Of a DNA stretch of 64,000 nucleotides, positions 8,682-19,100 are shown one piece after another. Within the stretch, counting starts at the first letter, position 1, and the number at the start of each line of letters is the position of its first letter. Location: positions 320,928 through 384,927 of the forward strand of contig JAZKFH010000013.1 of the NCBI GenBank assembly GCA_040386535.1, read 5' to 3'. The notes beneath the pieces are model-generated. The model saw only the letters and a program-made list of their open reading frames with translations. It ran no database searches and was not told the origin of the DNA. Made by a program: the position numbers and the translations under genes. The DNA comes from Myxococcota bacterium. GTDB lineage: Bacteria > Myxococcota_A > UBA796 > SXON01.

Positions 8682-9525
8682 AGCGTTCCTCGGCGGCGTC
8701 GCGGCCGCGCTGGTGCTGCCCCGGATGATCGCCCCGGCGCGCGCGGAAGAGCGGCGCCTGATCACGTTGGGGAGCGCCGTGACGGAGACGGTGTTCGCGC
8801 TCGGCGCGGGGGCCGAGGTGGTGGGCGTGGACACGTCTTCGGTGTGGCCGGCCGAGGCCGCGAGCCGCGCCCAGGTCGGCTACCACCGGCAGCTCTCGGC
8901 CGAGGGCGTGCTCGGGCTGCGCCCGACCCACGTGCTCGCGACCGACGAGGCGGGTCCGCCCGCGACCCTCTCCCAGCTCTCCGCGGCCGGGGTGCACGTG
9001 GTGACCCTCGTGGCGACGCACGACGCCGTGGGCGCCAGCGCGCGTATTCGCGCCATCGGCGTCGCGATCGGGCGCCGGGACGAATCCATTCGCCTCGCGA
9101 CGACCCTGGAGACGGAGTTCGCGGCTGCGGCGCACTACGTGGCGTCGGCGCCCAGCCGCCCGCGCGTGTTGTTCGTCTACGCGCGCGGCGCCGGGACGCT
9201 CCAGGTCGCCGGGCGGGACAACGCCGCGGACGCGATGATCGGGCTCGCCGGGGGCGTGAACGCAGTGACCGGGTTCGACGGCTACCGCCCGCTCACCCCC
9301 GAGGCGGCGATCGGGGCGGCGCCGGACGTGGTGCTGCTCACGACGCGTGGGGCGACGAGCGTGGGCGGGACCGAGGCGGTGTGGGCCCTCCCGGGCCTCG
9401 CGCTCACGCCCGCGGGGGCAGCGCGGCGGCTCGTGGTGTTCGACGATCTGCTGCTGCTCGGTTTTGGCCCCCGCGCCGGGGCGGGGGCGCAGGCGCTCGC
9501 CGTGGCCTTGCGGGCGCGCGGGTGA
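8671..9525 (+). CDS. hmuT: Heme ABC transporter periplasmic binding protein (Tat signal)
   Basis: MRRRAFLGG twin-arginine signal; RLITLGSAVTETVFALG, VGYHRQLSAEGVL (heme-ligating Tyr motif), LLLGFGPR. Confidence 0.92.
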   Translation: MRRRAFLGGVAAALVLPRMIAPARAEERRLITLGSAVTETVFALGAGAEVVGVDTSSVWPAEAASRAQVGYHRQLSAEGVLGLRPTHVLATDEAGPPATLSQLSAAGVHVVTLVATHDAVGASARIRAIGVAIGRRDESIRLATTLETEFAAAAHYVASAPSRPRVLFVYARGAGTLQVAGRDNAADAMIGLAGGVNAVTGFDGYRPLTPEAAIGAAPDVVLLTTRGATSVGGTEAVWALPGLALTPAGAARRLVVFDDLLLLGFGPRAGAGAQALAVALRARG

Positions 9526-10595
9526 CGAGCCTCCCCGCGGCGATCCCCGCCCTCCCGGGCCTGCGTTCGCGGGGCGCGGCCGCGTTGTTGCCCGCCGCGC
9601 TGCTGGTCCTGGCGGTGGCGGTGCTGCTCAACGCGACGAACGGCGCGGCGCTGATCCCCGCCTCCACCGTGATCGCCACGCTCCTCGCCCCGCTCGGGCT
9701 CGCGGAGCCGCCCGATCCCGGCCACGCCGCGATCCTCTGGGCGGTGCGTTTTCCCCGCATCGGCCTCGCCCTGCTCGTGGGGGCCGCGTTGGCTGTCGCG
9801 GGGGCGCTGATGCAGGGCGTGTTCCGGAACCCGCTGGCCGATCCCGGCGTGCTCGGCGTGAGCGCGGGGGCGGCCCTGGGCGCCGCGTCGGTGCAGGTGC
9901 TCGTGGGCCGGGAAACGCTCGCCCTGGTGCCGGAGCCGCTGCGCCCGTGGGTGTTGTCGATCGCGGCGTTCGGGGGCGCCCTCGCCACCGCCGCCTTCGT
10001 GGGCCGACTCGGACAGCGGGGCGGCGTCACGACGCCGGAGTCGCTCCTGCTCGCCGGGGTCGCGGTCAACAGCGGCCTCGGCGGCGCGCTCGCGCTGCTC
10101 CTGTGGATCGCCGACGACGGCGCGCTCCGCGACGTGACCGCGTGGATGATGGGAAGCCTGGGCGGGGCCACCCCCGGCGTGCTCCTCGGCATCGGCCCGC
10201 TTCTCGGCGTGGCGCTGCTCCTCGGCCTCGCGCTCCGCCGCCCCCTCGACGCGCTCGTACTCGGAGAGGCCGAGGCCGGCCACCTCGGCATCGACGCCGG
10301 GAGCGTGCGGCGGCGGGTGATCGTCCTGTCCGCGCTGCTGGTCGGCGCCGCGGTGTCGGTGTCGGGCATCATCGGGTTCGTGGGCCTCGTGGTGCCCCAC
10401 CTCGTGCGGCTCGCGGCCGGGGCCACCCACCGCGTGGTGCTCGTGGGCTCGCTGCTGCTCGGCCCCACGGTGCTCCTGCTCGCCGACCTCGGCGCGCGCA
10501 CGTTCGCCGCGCCCGCGGAGGTGCCCATCGGCGCCCTCACGAGCCTGCTCGGCACCCCGTTCTTCATCGCGCTGCTGCGCGGGAGGCGCGCGTGA
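9522..10595 (+). CDS. hmuU: Heme ABC transporter permease (FecCD family)
   Basis: GTGA overlap with hmuT; MQGVFRNPLADPGVLGVSAGA, LGEAEAGHLG, GIIGFVGLVVPHLVR, EVPIG. Confidence 0.93.
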   Translation: MTSLPAAIPALPGLRSRGAAALLPAALLVLAVAVLLNATNGAALIPASTVIATLLAPLGLAEPPDPGHAAILWAVRFPRIGLALLVGAALAVAGALMQGVFRNPLADPGVLGVSAGAALGAASVQVLVGRETLALVPEPLRPWVLSIAAFGGALATAAFVGRLGQRGGVTTPESLLLAGVAVNSGLGGALALLLWIADDGALRDVTAWMMGSLGGATPGVLLGIGPLLGVALLLGLALRRPLDALVLGEAEAGHLGIDAGSVRRRVIVLSALLVGAAVSVSGIIGFVGLVVPHLVRLAAGATHRVVLVGSLLLGPTVLLLADLGARTFAAPAEVPIGALTSLLGTPFFIALLRGRRA

Positions 10596-11344
10596 TCCGG
10601 GCGGAGGGGCTGGTGGTGCGCGGCCGGTTGGACGGGGTGGACCTGCACGTCCGCAAGGGCGAGCTGTGCGTGCTGGTCGGGCCGAACGGCGCGGGCAAGT
10701 CGACGCTGCTCGCCGCGCTGGCGGGGGATCTGCGCGCGGAGCGAGGCGCCGTCACGCTTGCCGGCCGGGCGCTCTCCCGATGGGACCGCCGCGCGCTCGC
10801 GCGCCGCCGCGCCGTGGTGCTCCAACAGGTGCCCGCCGCCTTTCCGCTCACCGTGGCCGAAGTCGTGTCCCTGGGCCGCTTGCCCCACGGCGACGAGCGG
10901 CGCGCCGACACGATCGTGGCCCGCGCGCTGTCCGAAGTGGGCCTGCTCGGGTTCGCGGCCCGCCTCTACCCGACCCTCTCCGGCGGCGAGCGCCAGCGCG
11001 TGCAGATCGCGCGCGCCTTCGCCCAACTCGACGGGGTGATCGACCCCGTGCTCCTCCTGGACGAGCCGACCGCGGCCGCCGACCTCGCGTGGCAGGAGCG
11101 CCTGCTCGCGGGGCTCCGGGCCCGCGCGGACGCGGGCGCCACGGTCGTCGTCGTCCTTCATGACCTCAACCTCGCGGTGCGGTGGGCGCATGCGATCGTG
11201 CTGCTGAGCAACGGATGGGTGGCTGCAGCTGGCGCGACGGATGTGCTCACCGCGCCCCGACTCTCCGCCGCCTGGGGCGTACGCTTCGACGTGTACGACC
11301 TGGGCGGACGGCCCGTGTTCTTCCCGACCCTGGAGATCCCATGA
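10592..11344 (+). CDS. hmuV: Heme ABC transporter ATP-binding protein
   Basis: GTGA overlap; GPNGAGKST, YPTLSGGERQRVQIAR, LLLDEPT, VLHDLNLA. Confidence 0.93.
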   Translation: MIRAEGLVVRGRLDGVDLHVRKGELCVLVGPNGAGKSTLLAALAGDLRAERGAVTLAGRALSRWDRRALARRRAVVLQQVPAAFPLTVAEVVSLGRLPHGDERRADTIVARALSEVGLLGFAARLYPTLSGGERQRVQIARAFAQLDGVIDPVLLLDEPTAAADLAWQERLLAGLRARADAGATVVVVLHDLNLAVRWAHAIVLLSNGWVAAAGATDVLTAPRLSAAWGVRFDVYDLGGRPVFFPTLEIP

Positions 11345-12372
11345 CCCCCACCTCTCCCGATCTCTCCGCCCCCTCGCTCGCCGCGCGGGTCGAGTCCTTG
11401 CGCGCCGAGGAGCCGCGTCTGCGCGACCGTGACCTCGCCGCCCGCCTCGGCGTGACGGAGGCCGACCTGCTCGATCTGCGCGTCGGCGCCGGCGTCACCC
11501 GCCTGGTGCCGGACTGGGACGCCCTGCTCGGGGGGCTGCCGGCGCTCGGGCACGTCATGGCGCTCACCCGCAACGCGACGGTTGTGCACGAGCGGCGGGG
11601 CACCTACGGCGCGCCCGAGGGGCAGGGCCACGTGCGCCTCGTGCTCGGCCCCGACATCGACCTGCGCCTGTTCATGGGCCAGTGGCGCGCCGCCTACGCG
11701 GTCGACGCGGGGGGCCGCCGGAGCGTGCAGGTGTTCGACGGCCATGGCGACGCGGTCCACAAGGTGCACCTGGTCGAAGGCTCCGACGCGGACGCCTTCG
11801 CGGCGCTCGTCCACGCGCTCGCCACGGAGGTCCCGGCCCCCGCCCGCACCGCGCGGCCGCCCCGTACGCCCGCGCGACCGGACGGCGAGATCGACGTGGC
11901 CGGCTTCCGCGCCGGGTGGGCGGCCCTCACCGACACGCACGACTTCTTCGGGCTCTTGCGCCGGTTCGGCGTGACCCGCTCCCAGGCGCTGCGGCTGGCC
12001 CCGCCCGGGTTCGCCGACCCGCTCTCCACGGACGCGCTGGGCGAGGCGCTGCGGACGAGCGCGGAGGCCGGGCTGCCCATCATGGCGTTCGTCGGCAACC
12101 CCGGCTGCATCCAGATCCACACCGGCCCCGTGCACCGAGTGGTCCCGACGGGCGGCTGGCTCAACGTGCTCGATCCGACCTTCAACCTGCACGTGCGCGC
12201 CGACCGCGTCGCGGCGTGTTGGCGGGTGCACAAGCCGACGCTCGACGGCGTGGTCACCTCGCTGGAGGTGTTCGACGTGGACGACGAGTTGTGCCTCCAA
12301 CTCTTCGGTTCGCGGAAGCCGGGGAAGCCGCAGGACGTGGGGTGGGAGCGCATCGTCGGGGCGCTCGTGTAG
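11341..12372 (+). CDS. hmuS: Hemin-degrading/trafficking factor HemS/ChuS/HmuS
   Basis: ATGA overlap; MALTRN..VHER.G.Y, IDLRLF, SVQVFD.HGDAVHKV, LTDTHDFF, FVGNPGCIQIHTG, WLNVLDPTFNLH, FGSRKPG. Confidence 0.93.
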   Translation: MTPTSPDLSAPSLAARVESLRAEEPRLRDRDLAARLGVTEADLLDLRVGAGVTRLVPDWDALLGGLPALGHVMALTRNATVVHERRGTYGAPEGQGHVRLVLGPDIDLRLFMGQWRAAYAVDAGGRRSVQVFDGHGDAVHKVHLVEGSDADAFAALVHALATEVPAPARTARPPRTPARPDGEIDVAGFRAGWAALTDTHDFFGLLRRFGVTRSQALRLAPPGFADPLSTDALGEALRTSAEAGLPIMAFVGNPGCIQIHTGPVHRVVPTGGWLNVLDPTFNLHVRADRVAACWRVHKPTLDGVVTSLEVFDVDDELCLQLFGSRKPGKPQDVGWERIVGALV

Positions 12373-12375
12373 AGA

Positions 12376-14289
12376 TCAGGGCGCGTCCGCAGGGAGCGCG
12401 CGCGCCATCACGTTCGCGAGCTCCACGCTCCCGAACGGCTTGGACAACGACCCCGCGAGCCCCTGCGCTTCGAGCCCCGGGAGCCCCTCCATGTCGTGGT
12501 TGCCGCTGACGAGGAGGACACGCGCGCCGGGGCGGAGCGCACGGAGGGCGTGGAAGACCTCCTCCCCGCTCATCCGCGGCATCGTGCGATCGACGAGGTA
12601 GGCGTCGATCCGGTCTCCGAACCGGCGCGCGGTCTCCAGCGCGGCCTCCCCGTCGGAGACGGCGATGACGGAGTATCCCTGCGCCTTGAGCAGGTCGGAC
12701 GTACACTCCAGCACGCTGCGTTCGTCGTCCACCACGAGGATGGTGCCGGCCTTGCGGCGCGGGGGTTCGGGCGGCGGCGCCGTGGCCGGGACGGCAGGCG
12801 GGTGCCCCAGGCTCGGGAGGAGCACGCGAAAGGTGCTCCCGACGCCCGGCGCGCTCACGACCTCGACGATGCCCAGGTGCGCACGGACGATGCCGAGCAC
12901 CGCGGCGAGCCCGAGGCCCCGGCCGTGCGCCCGCGTGGTGAAGAAGGGGTCGAAGATGCGCGCGAGCGTCGCGTCGTCCATGCCGACGCCGGTGTCCCGG
13001 ACCTCGATGAACACGAACTCGCCCGGCGGGGCGTCGGTGCGCAGCCACCCGCGGGCGAGCCGCTCGGCGTCGACTTGCGCGACCCCGCTACACAACGTGA
13101 CCTCTCCCCCGTTTGGTTCCACGGCGGCCGCGGCGTTGGTGAGCAGGTTGACGATGACCTGCTGGAGTTGGATCGGGTCACCCGACACACCGGGGAGGTC
13201 GGGTGCCAGGAGCTCGTGCATCACGATGTTGCGCGGGATGGCGGCACGCAGGAGTTGGGTGTCGACGAACAAGCTGTTCACGTCGAGCGCTCGCATCGTG
13301 GCGGGGCGCCGCCCGGCGTACACGAGGAGCTGGGAGGTGAGCTCCGCGGCTCGCTCCGCGCCACGTTGGATCCGCGCGAGTCGTTGGGTGACAGGGACCC
13401 GGGGAGGCTGGTCCGCCTCGGCCTCCTTCAGCGCCAGCTCCGCGTTCCCGAGGATGCTCGCGAGCAGGTTGTTGAAGTCGTGCGCGACGCCCCCGGCCAG
13501 CAGGCCGATCCCTTCGAGCTTCTGGGCGCGGTGGAACTGCTCCTCGGCGAGGGAGCGTGCTTGTTCGGCCTGACGACGCCGGCGGCTGGAGTGACGCAAC
13601 AGCGCCTGCTGGCGGCGGATGCGACGTTGGGCGTCCCGGAGCGCCTCGTAGCTGGCCTGGAGCTCCGCGCGCTGCGCCTCCATCTCCAGGAGCCCCGGAG
13701 AGAGGCGGACGACGCCACGGAGCATCGCGCCGAACCGCTGGAGGAGGCCGGGCTCGGGGCGCGCGAACCGCACGTCGTAGACCGCCTTGCGCGGGGCCAG
13801 GGTCATCTCCACCTCGGCCGGCGGGTAGCCGCACAACGTGGGGTTGATGCGCAGCCCGCCGAGGAAGATGTAGAAGACCCCGGGCACGTCCCGGTACTCG
13901 GGCGGAAAGGCGATCGTGGCGCGGAGGCGCCCTCCGCCGAGGTCCTCCACCCGGGTTTGGGTGTGATGGAACATCGAGGGGCCGACGACCTTGAGCATCA
14001 CCTCGTAGATGGAGACCGGGTTGGTCAGCGCCCCGAGGAGCGCGGCCAGCGCACGCATGGCCGGGATCTGTGGCGGCGAAGCTCCGATCTCGGCGAGCCC
14101 GTCGAGGCCGACCAACCCCTCGAGCCGCACGCACAGGGCGCCGAAGATCTCCCAGTCGATCCGTTGGGAGGTCCGCTCGAGGAGGGAGAGTGAGGTGCCG
14201 GTGCCTTCGACCAGCTCGGAGCGAGGGATGCCATGTGCGTCGAGGTAGGCGAATACGGGCGCGAAGGCGCGGCAGCTGACTTCTCGCAT
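12376..14289 (-). CDS. Cytoplasmic hybrid sensor histidine kinase/response regulator (CckA-like core)
   Basis: AQKLEGIGLLAGGVAHDFNNLL (H-box), QVIVNLLTNA, DTGVGMD, IFDPFFTT, GRGLGLA, receiver ILVVDDE...DRTMPRMSG...KPF. Start MREVSC inferred. Confidence 0.93.
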   Translation of the reverse strand: MREVSCRAFAPVFAYLDAHGIPRSELVEGTGTSLSLLERTSQRIDWEIFGALCVRLEGLVGLDGLAEIGASPPQIPAMRALAALLGALTNPVSIYEVMLKVVGPSMFHHTQTRVEDLGGGRLRATIAFPPEYRDVPGVFYIFLGGLRINPTLCGYPPAEVEMTLAPRKAVYDVRFARPEPGLLQRFGAMLRGVVRLSPGLLEMEAQRAELQASYEALRDAQRRIRRQQALLRHSSRRRRQAEQARSLAEEQFHRAQKLEGIGLLAGGVAHDFNNLLASILGNAELALKEAEADQPPRVPVTQRLARIQRGAERAAELTSQLLVYAGRRPATMRALDVNSLFVDTQLLRAAIPRNIVMHELLAPDLPGVSGDPIQLQQVIVNLLTNAAAAVEPNGGEVTLCSGVAQVDAERLARGWLRTDAPPGEFVFIEVRDTGVGMDDATLARIFDPFFTTRAHGRGLGLAAVLGIVRAHLGIVEVVSAPGVGSTFRVLLPSLGHPPAVPATAPPPEPPRRKAGTILVVDDERSVLECTSDLLKAQGYSVIAVSDGEAALETARRFGDRIDAYLVDRTMPRMSGEEVFHALRALRPGARVLLVSGNHDMEGLPGLEAQGLAGSLSKPFGSVELANVMARALPADAP

Positions 14290-14412
14290 GATCCCAACGA
14301 AGAGGCGCGAGGGTACCTCAATTCGCGGGATGCAGCCTGCGATCTCGTCCGGCTGCCAACCCGCGGCGACCAAGCCGGGCCGCGGGTGCGCCGGTTCGTG
14401 TACGATCACGCC

Positions 14413-15306
14413 ATGGTGCTCCTCCTCGCCGCTTGTGCCCGCGACGCCGACCTGAAAACTCCCGAAGACACCGACGCCGACACGGACGCCGACAGCGACA
14501 CGGACACCGATACGGACGCGGACAGCGACACGGACACCGATACCGACGTCCTCGCGCCGGCCACGGACGGCGTGCTGACGCTGCCGTTCTCCGTCGACGC
14601 GTCGGGAGGGGGCCCCGATCGCCTCGACGACGTCGCGCTCCTCGACGCATCGGGCACGCTCGTGCTCTCCGGCGTCAGCCACCTCGCCGTCGCCTACCAG
14701 GACCACGACTGGTCGGCCTCCGGGTACCACCTGTACGATCTGATCTCCCTCGCGGAGGACGGATCCAACCTCGCGGTCACCTACCTGTACTGCCAGGACG
14801 GGGCGCTGCCCTACGCGTACACCGAGAGCTTCCTGCACCCCATGGGGTGGGAGTCCACCACCGGCACCTGCGCCGGCTCCGCACAGGAGGGGCAGGTGAA
14901 CGTGTCGCTCCCCGCGCTCCGCGCCGCGCCCGCGCCCTTCGACCCCGGCGTGCGGATCGAGGGAGACGACGTGTCGTACGACGGCGAGGCCGGCCGGATC
15001 GTGCTCGCGGGGGTGGAGCGCGATCTGCGGCCCTTCAACGTGGTGGACTGCACCGACTGCCCGGGCGGCCCCTGGTACGAGGTGCACTCCCTGCTCGACG
15101 GCCCCGCCGACGCCTGCTTCGCCATCCTCTACCTGTACCCAGACGATCCGAGCTTCGTGCAGGTCGAATACGGCATCTGCCTCCCGACGCTGGAGCGGCT
15201 CTCCACGTCCATCGACGCGGGCTGGACCGGTGGGCTCGACGGCCCGCCGCCTCCTCCGCGTCTCCTCCGCCCGGTGCCCAGCCGGCTCCGGCCCGAGGCG
15301 CGCTGA
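14413..15306 (+). CDS. Cys-rich hypothetical lipoprotein with Asp/Thr repeat linker
   Basis: MVLLLAAC start preceded by TACGAT-N6; DTDADTDADSDTDTDTD linker; DCTDCPGGPWYEVH; GC-rich third codon positions. Confidence 0.8.
   Translation: MVLLLAACARDADLKTPEDTDADTDADSDTDTDTDADSDTDTDTDVLAPATDGVLTLPFSVDASGGGPDRLDDVALLDASGTLVLSGVSHLAVAYQDHDWSASGYHLYDLISLAEDGSNLAVTYLYCQDGALPYAYTESFLHPMGWESTTGTCAGSAQEGQVNVSLPALRAAPAPFDPGVRIEGDDVSYDGEAGRIVLAGVERDLRPFNVVDCTDCPGGPWYEVHSLLDGPADACFAILYLYPDDPSFVQVEYGICLPTLERLSTSIDAGWTGGLDGPPPPPRLLRPVPSRLRPEAR
14491..14548 (+). repeat. 30-bp coding tandem duplication (DSDTDTDTDA)
   Basis: gacagcgacacggacaccgatac at 14491 and 14521. Confidence 0.8.
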
Positions 15307-15330
15307 GGCTTGGGCGGCGGGATCTCTGCG

Positions 15331-16122
15331 CTACCCCGTGGCCCATCCGGCGATCGCCCCCCACGCGCCCGGCCCGTCCGCCGCGTCCAGCAATGCGTCC
15401 AACCGCCTGCGATCCACCCGCGCGTCCGCCGGCGTGGACGTGGCGCGGAAGGCCAACAGTTGGGCACGGCGCTGGGTGGGTGAGCTCGCGTCGCGGGTGA
15501 CACACGACCACACCTCGCACGCGTAGGCGAACGTCTCGCGGCGGCGCGGGGGCACCGCCAGGATCAAGGCGCCCGCGGGCTCCCAGGCGATCTCGCGCCG
15601 GGCGATGCCGTGGAGCAGGTGCGCCACCTCGTGCACGACCACATCGGAGAACGGGCGCGCCTCGGTGAACGCGCGCGGCAGCAGCCACGCGTGGCCCGCG
15701 TGGGAGAGCCCGTCGAGCTCGGGGGTGTCGTCCGCGAGGGGCGGGGCGCCGATGTCGTCGAGCACGAGGTTGGCGAGGTCCCAGGCGGTGCGCGGCGGCA
15801 CGCCCTCGATGAGCGCGCCGAACGTGGTCGGCGTGACGACGTGGACGCGGGTCGGGAGCAGGGCGAGCAGGGCGTCGGCGTGGGTGGGGACCAGGCCGCG
15901 GACCATCGGTGCCACCCGCGCGGCGACCTGGGCCGGCACGTCGACCGGCACGCGCCGCCCGGGCCCGTGCGCCGCCCGGTAGCCCACGATGCGGCGGAGC
16001 ACGTCGCGGAGCGTGGCCGCCCCCACCTTGCGGCGCTCCACCACGCTCCCCTCCCAAGCGGAGAAGCGCGGATCGTGCTCGCCCGTGGTGATGAAGCGCT
16101 CCACCTCGTCGGACGGGCTCAT
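15331..16122 (-). CDS. Hypothetical protein with HExxH zinc-binding motif
   Basis: ATGA overlap with the RND permease stop; DVVVHEVAHLLH followed by RRETFAYACE. Confidence 0.7.
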   Translation of the reverse strand: MSPSDEVERFITTGEHDPRFSAWEGSVVERRKVGAATLRDVLRRIVGYRAAHGPGRRVPVDVPAQVAARVAPMVRGLVPTHADALLALLPTRVHVVTPTTFGALIEGVPPRTAWDLANLVLDDIGAPPLADDTPELDGLSHAGHAWLLPRAFTEARPFSDVVVHEVAHLLHGIARREIAWEPAGALILAVPPRRRETFAYACEVWSCVTRDASSPTQRRAQLLAFRATSTPADARVDRRRLDALLDAADGPGAWGAIAGWATG

Positions 16123-19100
16123 GCGCGGCGCCTCCCGATCGACGCGAGCGCCGCGTACACGACCGGCGTGACGTAGAGCGTCAGCACCGTCGCGGAGAGC
16201 ATCCCGCCCACCACCGCGATGCCGAGCGCCGAGCGGCCCGAGCCCGACATCCCGAGCGCGATGGGGATCGCGCCGCCGATGGTCGCCACCGACGTCATCA
16301 GGATGGGGCGCACGCGCAGCTGGGTGGCCCGCTCGGCGGCGGCCCAGGGGAGCAGCCCCTCGTCGTCACGGAGCTGGCGCGCGTACTCCACGATGAGGAT
16401 GCCGTTCTTGGTGACCAGCCCGACCAGGAGGATCAGGCCGACCTGCGCGAAGAAGGAGAGCGTCGAGCCCGTGATCAGGAGCGCGGTGAACGCCCCGGCG
16501 AGGGCGAGCGGCACGGAGAGGAGGATGGAGACCGGCGCCACGAACGAGTCGAACTGCGCCGCGAGGAGCAGGTAGACAAGGGCGAGCGCCAGGAGGAACA
16601 TCTGGAGCAGGGACGACGACCCCTCCTCGAAGTCCTTGGACTGCCCGGAGAGCGCGGTGCGGAAGCCCTCGGGCAGCGTGTCCGCCAGCGCGCGCGCGCG
16701 CGCGATCCCCTCGCCGATCGTGATGCCGTCGAGGTTCGCGCTGATGGTGGCCGAGGGCGCGCGGTCGTAGTGGTAGCGGGTCGACGGGGCGCTCTGCTCC
16801 TCCCACTTCACGAAGTTGGAGAGGGGCACCATCGCGCCGCTCGGGGTGCGCAGGTGGATGCCGGCGAGGTCGGCCGGCTCGTCCCGCCCGTCGCGCCCGA
16901 GCTCCGCGACGACCTTGTATTGGCGCACGCCGCGCTTGAACGTGGAGACCTCGGAGCTGCCGGTGAGCACCTGGACGGTGCGGACGACGTCGCGGATGGA
17001 CACGCCGAGCGCGGCCGCCTTCTCCCGGTCGACGACGAGGCGGAGTTCGGGGCGGTTGAGCTTCAGGTCGGGGTTGACCGAGGAGAGGCCGTCCAGGTCG
17101 GACATGGCCGCGACGAAGGCGGGCAGCGCGTCGGCGAGGGTGTCGAAGTCGGGGTGCTGGAGCACGAACTGGAGCGGCGAGGAGGAGCCACGGCCCACGG
17201 TGGGGGACTGGGTGGGGACGGCGCGGAAGGCGGTGATCTCGGCGAGGGGGCCGCGCAGGGCGTCGACGATCTGCTGCTGGGTGCGATCCCGCTCCTCGCG
17301 CGGCACGAGCGGGAACATGATCATGCCGCTGTTGGTGGGGCCGCTGACCCCGCCGCGCCCGCTCGCCACGCGCGCGAGCATCATGCGGCGCTCGGGCACG
17401 AGCGGACCGAGGATCTCCTCGAACTCCGCCATCCGCGCGTCCATCCACTCGAACGTGGTGCCCTCGGGCGCCTCCGTCCGCACCTGGAACATGCCGCGGT
17501 CCTCGATGGGGAAGAACTCCTGCGGGATGGTGCTCACGCCGTAGCCGCCGATCGCGACGGCGCCGACCAGCATCGGCACCACCAGCCAGGGCCGCCGCAT
17601 CACGAGGCCCAGGGTCGCGTTGAAGGCGCGCTCCCAGAGCGGCACGTGCCGCACGATCGGCTCGCCGCCTGCGTTCTCTTTGCGCACGTGCGCCTTGAGC
17701 AGCTTCGCGCACAACATCGGCGTGAGGGTCAACGCGACGACCATGCTCAGCGCCACGCTCGCGGCCACGGTGACGCCGAACTCCAGGAACAGGCGCCCGG
17801 TGGCGCCGCCGGTGAACACCACGGGCAGGAACACGACCACCAACGAGAGCGTGGTCGCGACGACCGCGGTGGCGATCTGGCGGGTGCCGACCAGCGCGGC
17901 CTCGTGGGGGGAGTCTCCCTCCTCGAGGCGCCGCACGATGTTCTCGAGGACCACGATCGCATCGTCCACGACGAGGCCGATGGCGAGCACGAGGCCGAAC
18001 AGGGTGAAGACGTTGAGCGTGAAGCCGGCGATCCAGAGCACCAGGAAGGTGCCGACGAGGGAGACCGGGATGGCGATGGCGGGGACCAGGGTGCTCCGCA
18101 GATCGCGCAGGAACAGGAAGATGACGGCGACGACGAGGCCGAAGGCCACGAACAGCGTGTGCTCGACGTCGCGGATGGAGGCGCGCACGGCCTCGGCGCG
18201 GTCGTAGACGACATCGAGCGTCATGCCGGAGGGCAGATCCGCCTCGATGATCGAGAGGCGGCGCTTCACCTCGTCCGCCACGTCCACCACGTTGGCCTTG
18301 GCCTGCGGGTTGACCGAGAGCGTGATCGTCGGCAAACCCTCGGTGCGCGCGGCGGTGCGCTCGTTCTCGGCGCCGAGGCGGACGCTCGCCACGTCCCGCA
18401 AGTACACCTGCCCGTCGCCGTCGGCACGCACGATCAGCGCGCCGAACTCCTCGGGCGTCCGGAGGCCGCTCTGCACGCTCAACGTGAGCTGGGTGGCCGC
18501 GCCTTCGAGGCGCCCGGCCGGAACGTCCACGTTGCCAGCGCGCAGGGCGGCCTCGATGTCGCCCACGGTGACCCGGCGGGCCGCGAGCCGCGCCGCGTCG
18601 AGCTCCAGACGCATTGCCCACACCCGCCCGCCGTTCAGATCGACGCCGCTGACCCCGGGCACGTTCTCGATGCGCTCGCGCACGATGGTGTCGGCGACCT
18701 CGGTGACGTCGAGCAGATCGAGGCCCTCGCCCGAGAGGCGGATGAACATGATCGAGTCACCCGAGGCGTCGGACTTCGACACGATGGGCTCATCGACATC
18801 GTCGGGCAGGCGGCGGCGGGCCTGGCCCACCCGGCCGCGCACGTCGTTCGCGGCGGCCTCGATGTCCAGGCCGAGCTCGAACTCGATGCGGATCTCCGAG
18901 CGGCCGTCCTGGCTGGTGCTCGACATCGTCCGCACGCCCTCGATCCCGTTGAGCTCGCGCTCCAGCACCTCGGTGACGTCGGTCTCCATGATGGCGGGGT
19001 CGGCGCCGGGCCACGACGTGGACACGCTCACGATGGGGGACTCGACGTCGGGCGTCTCGCGGACGCCGAGCAGGCCGTACCCCATCACCCCGAGCAGGAG

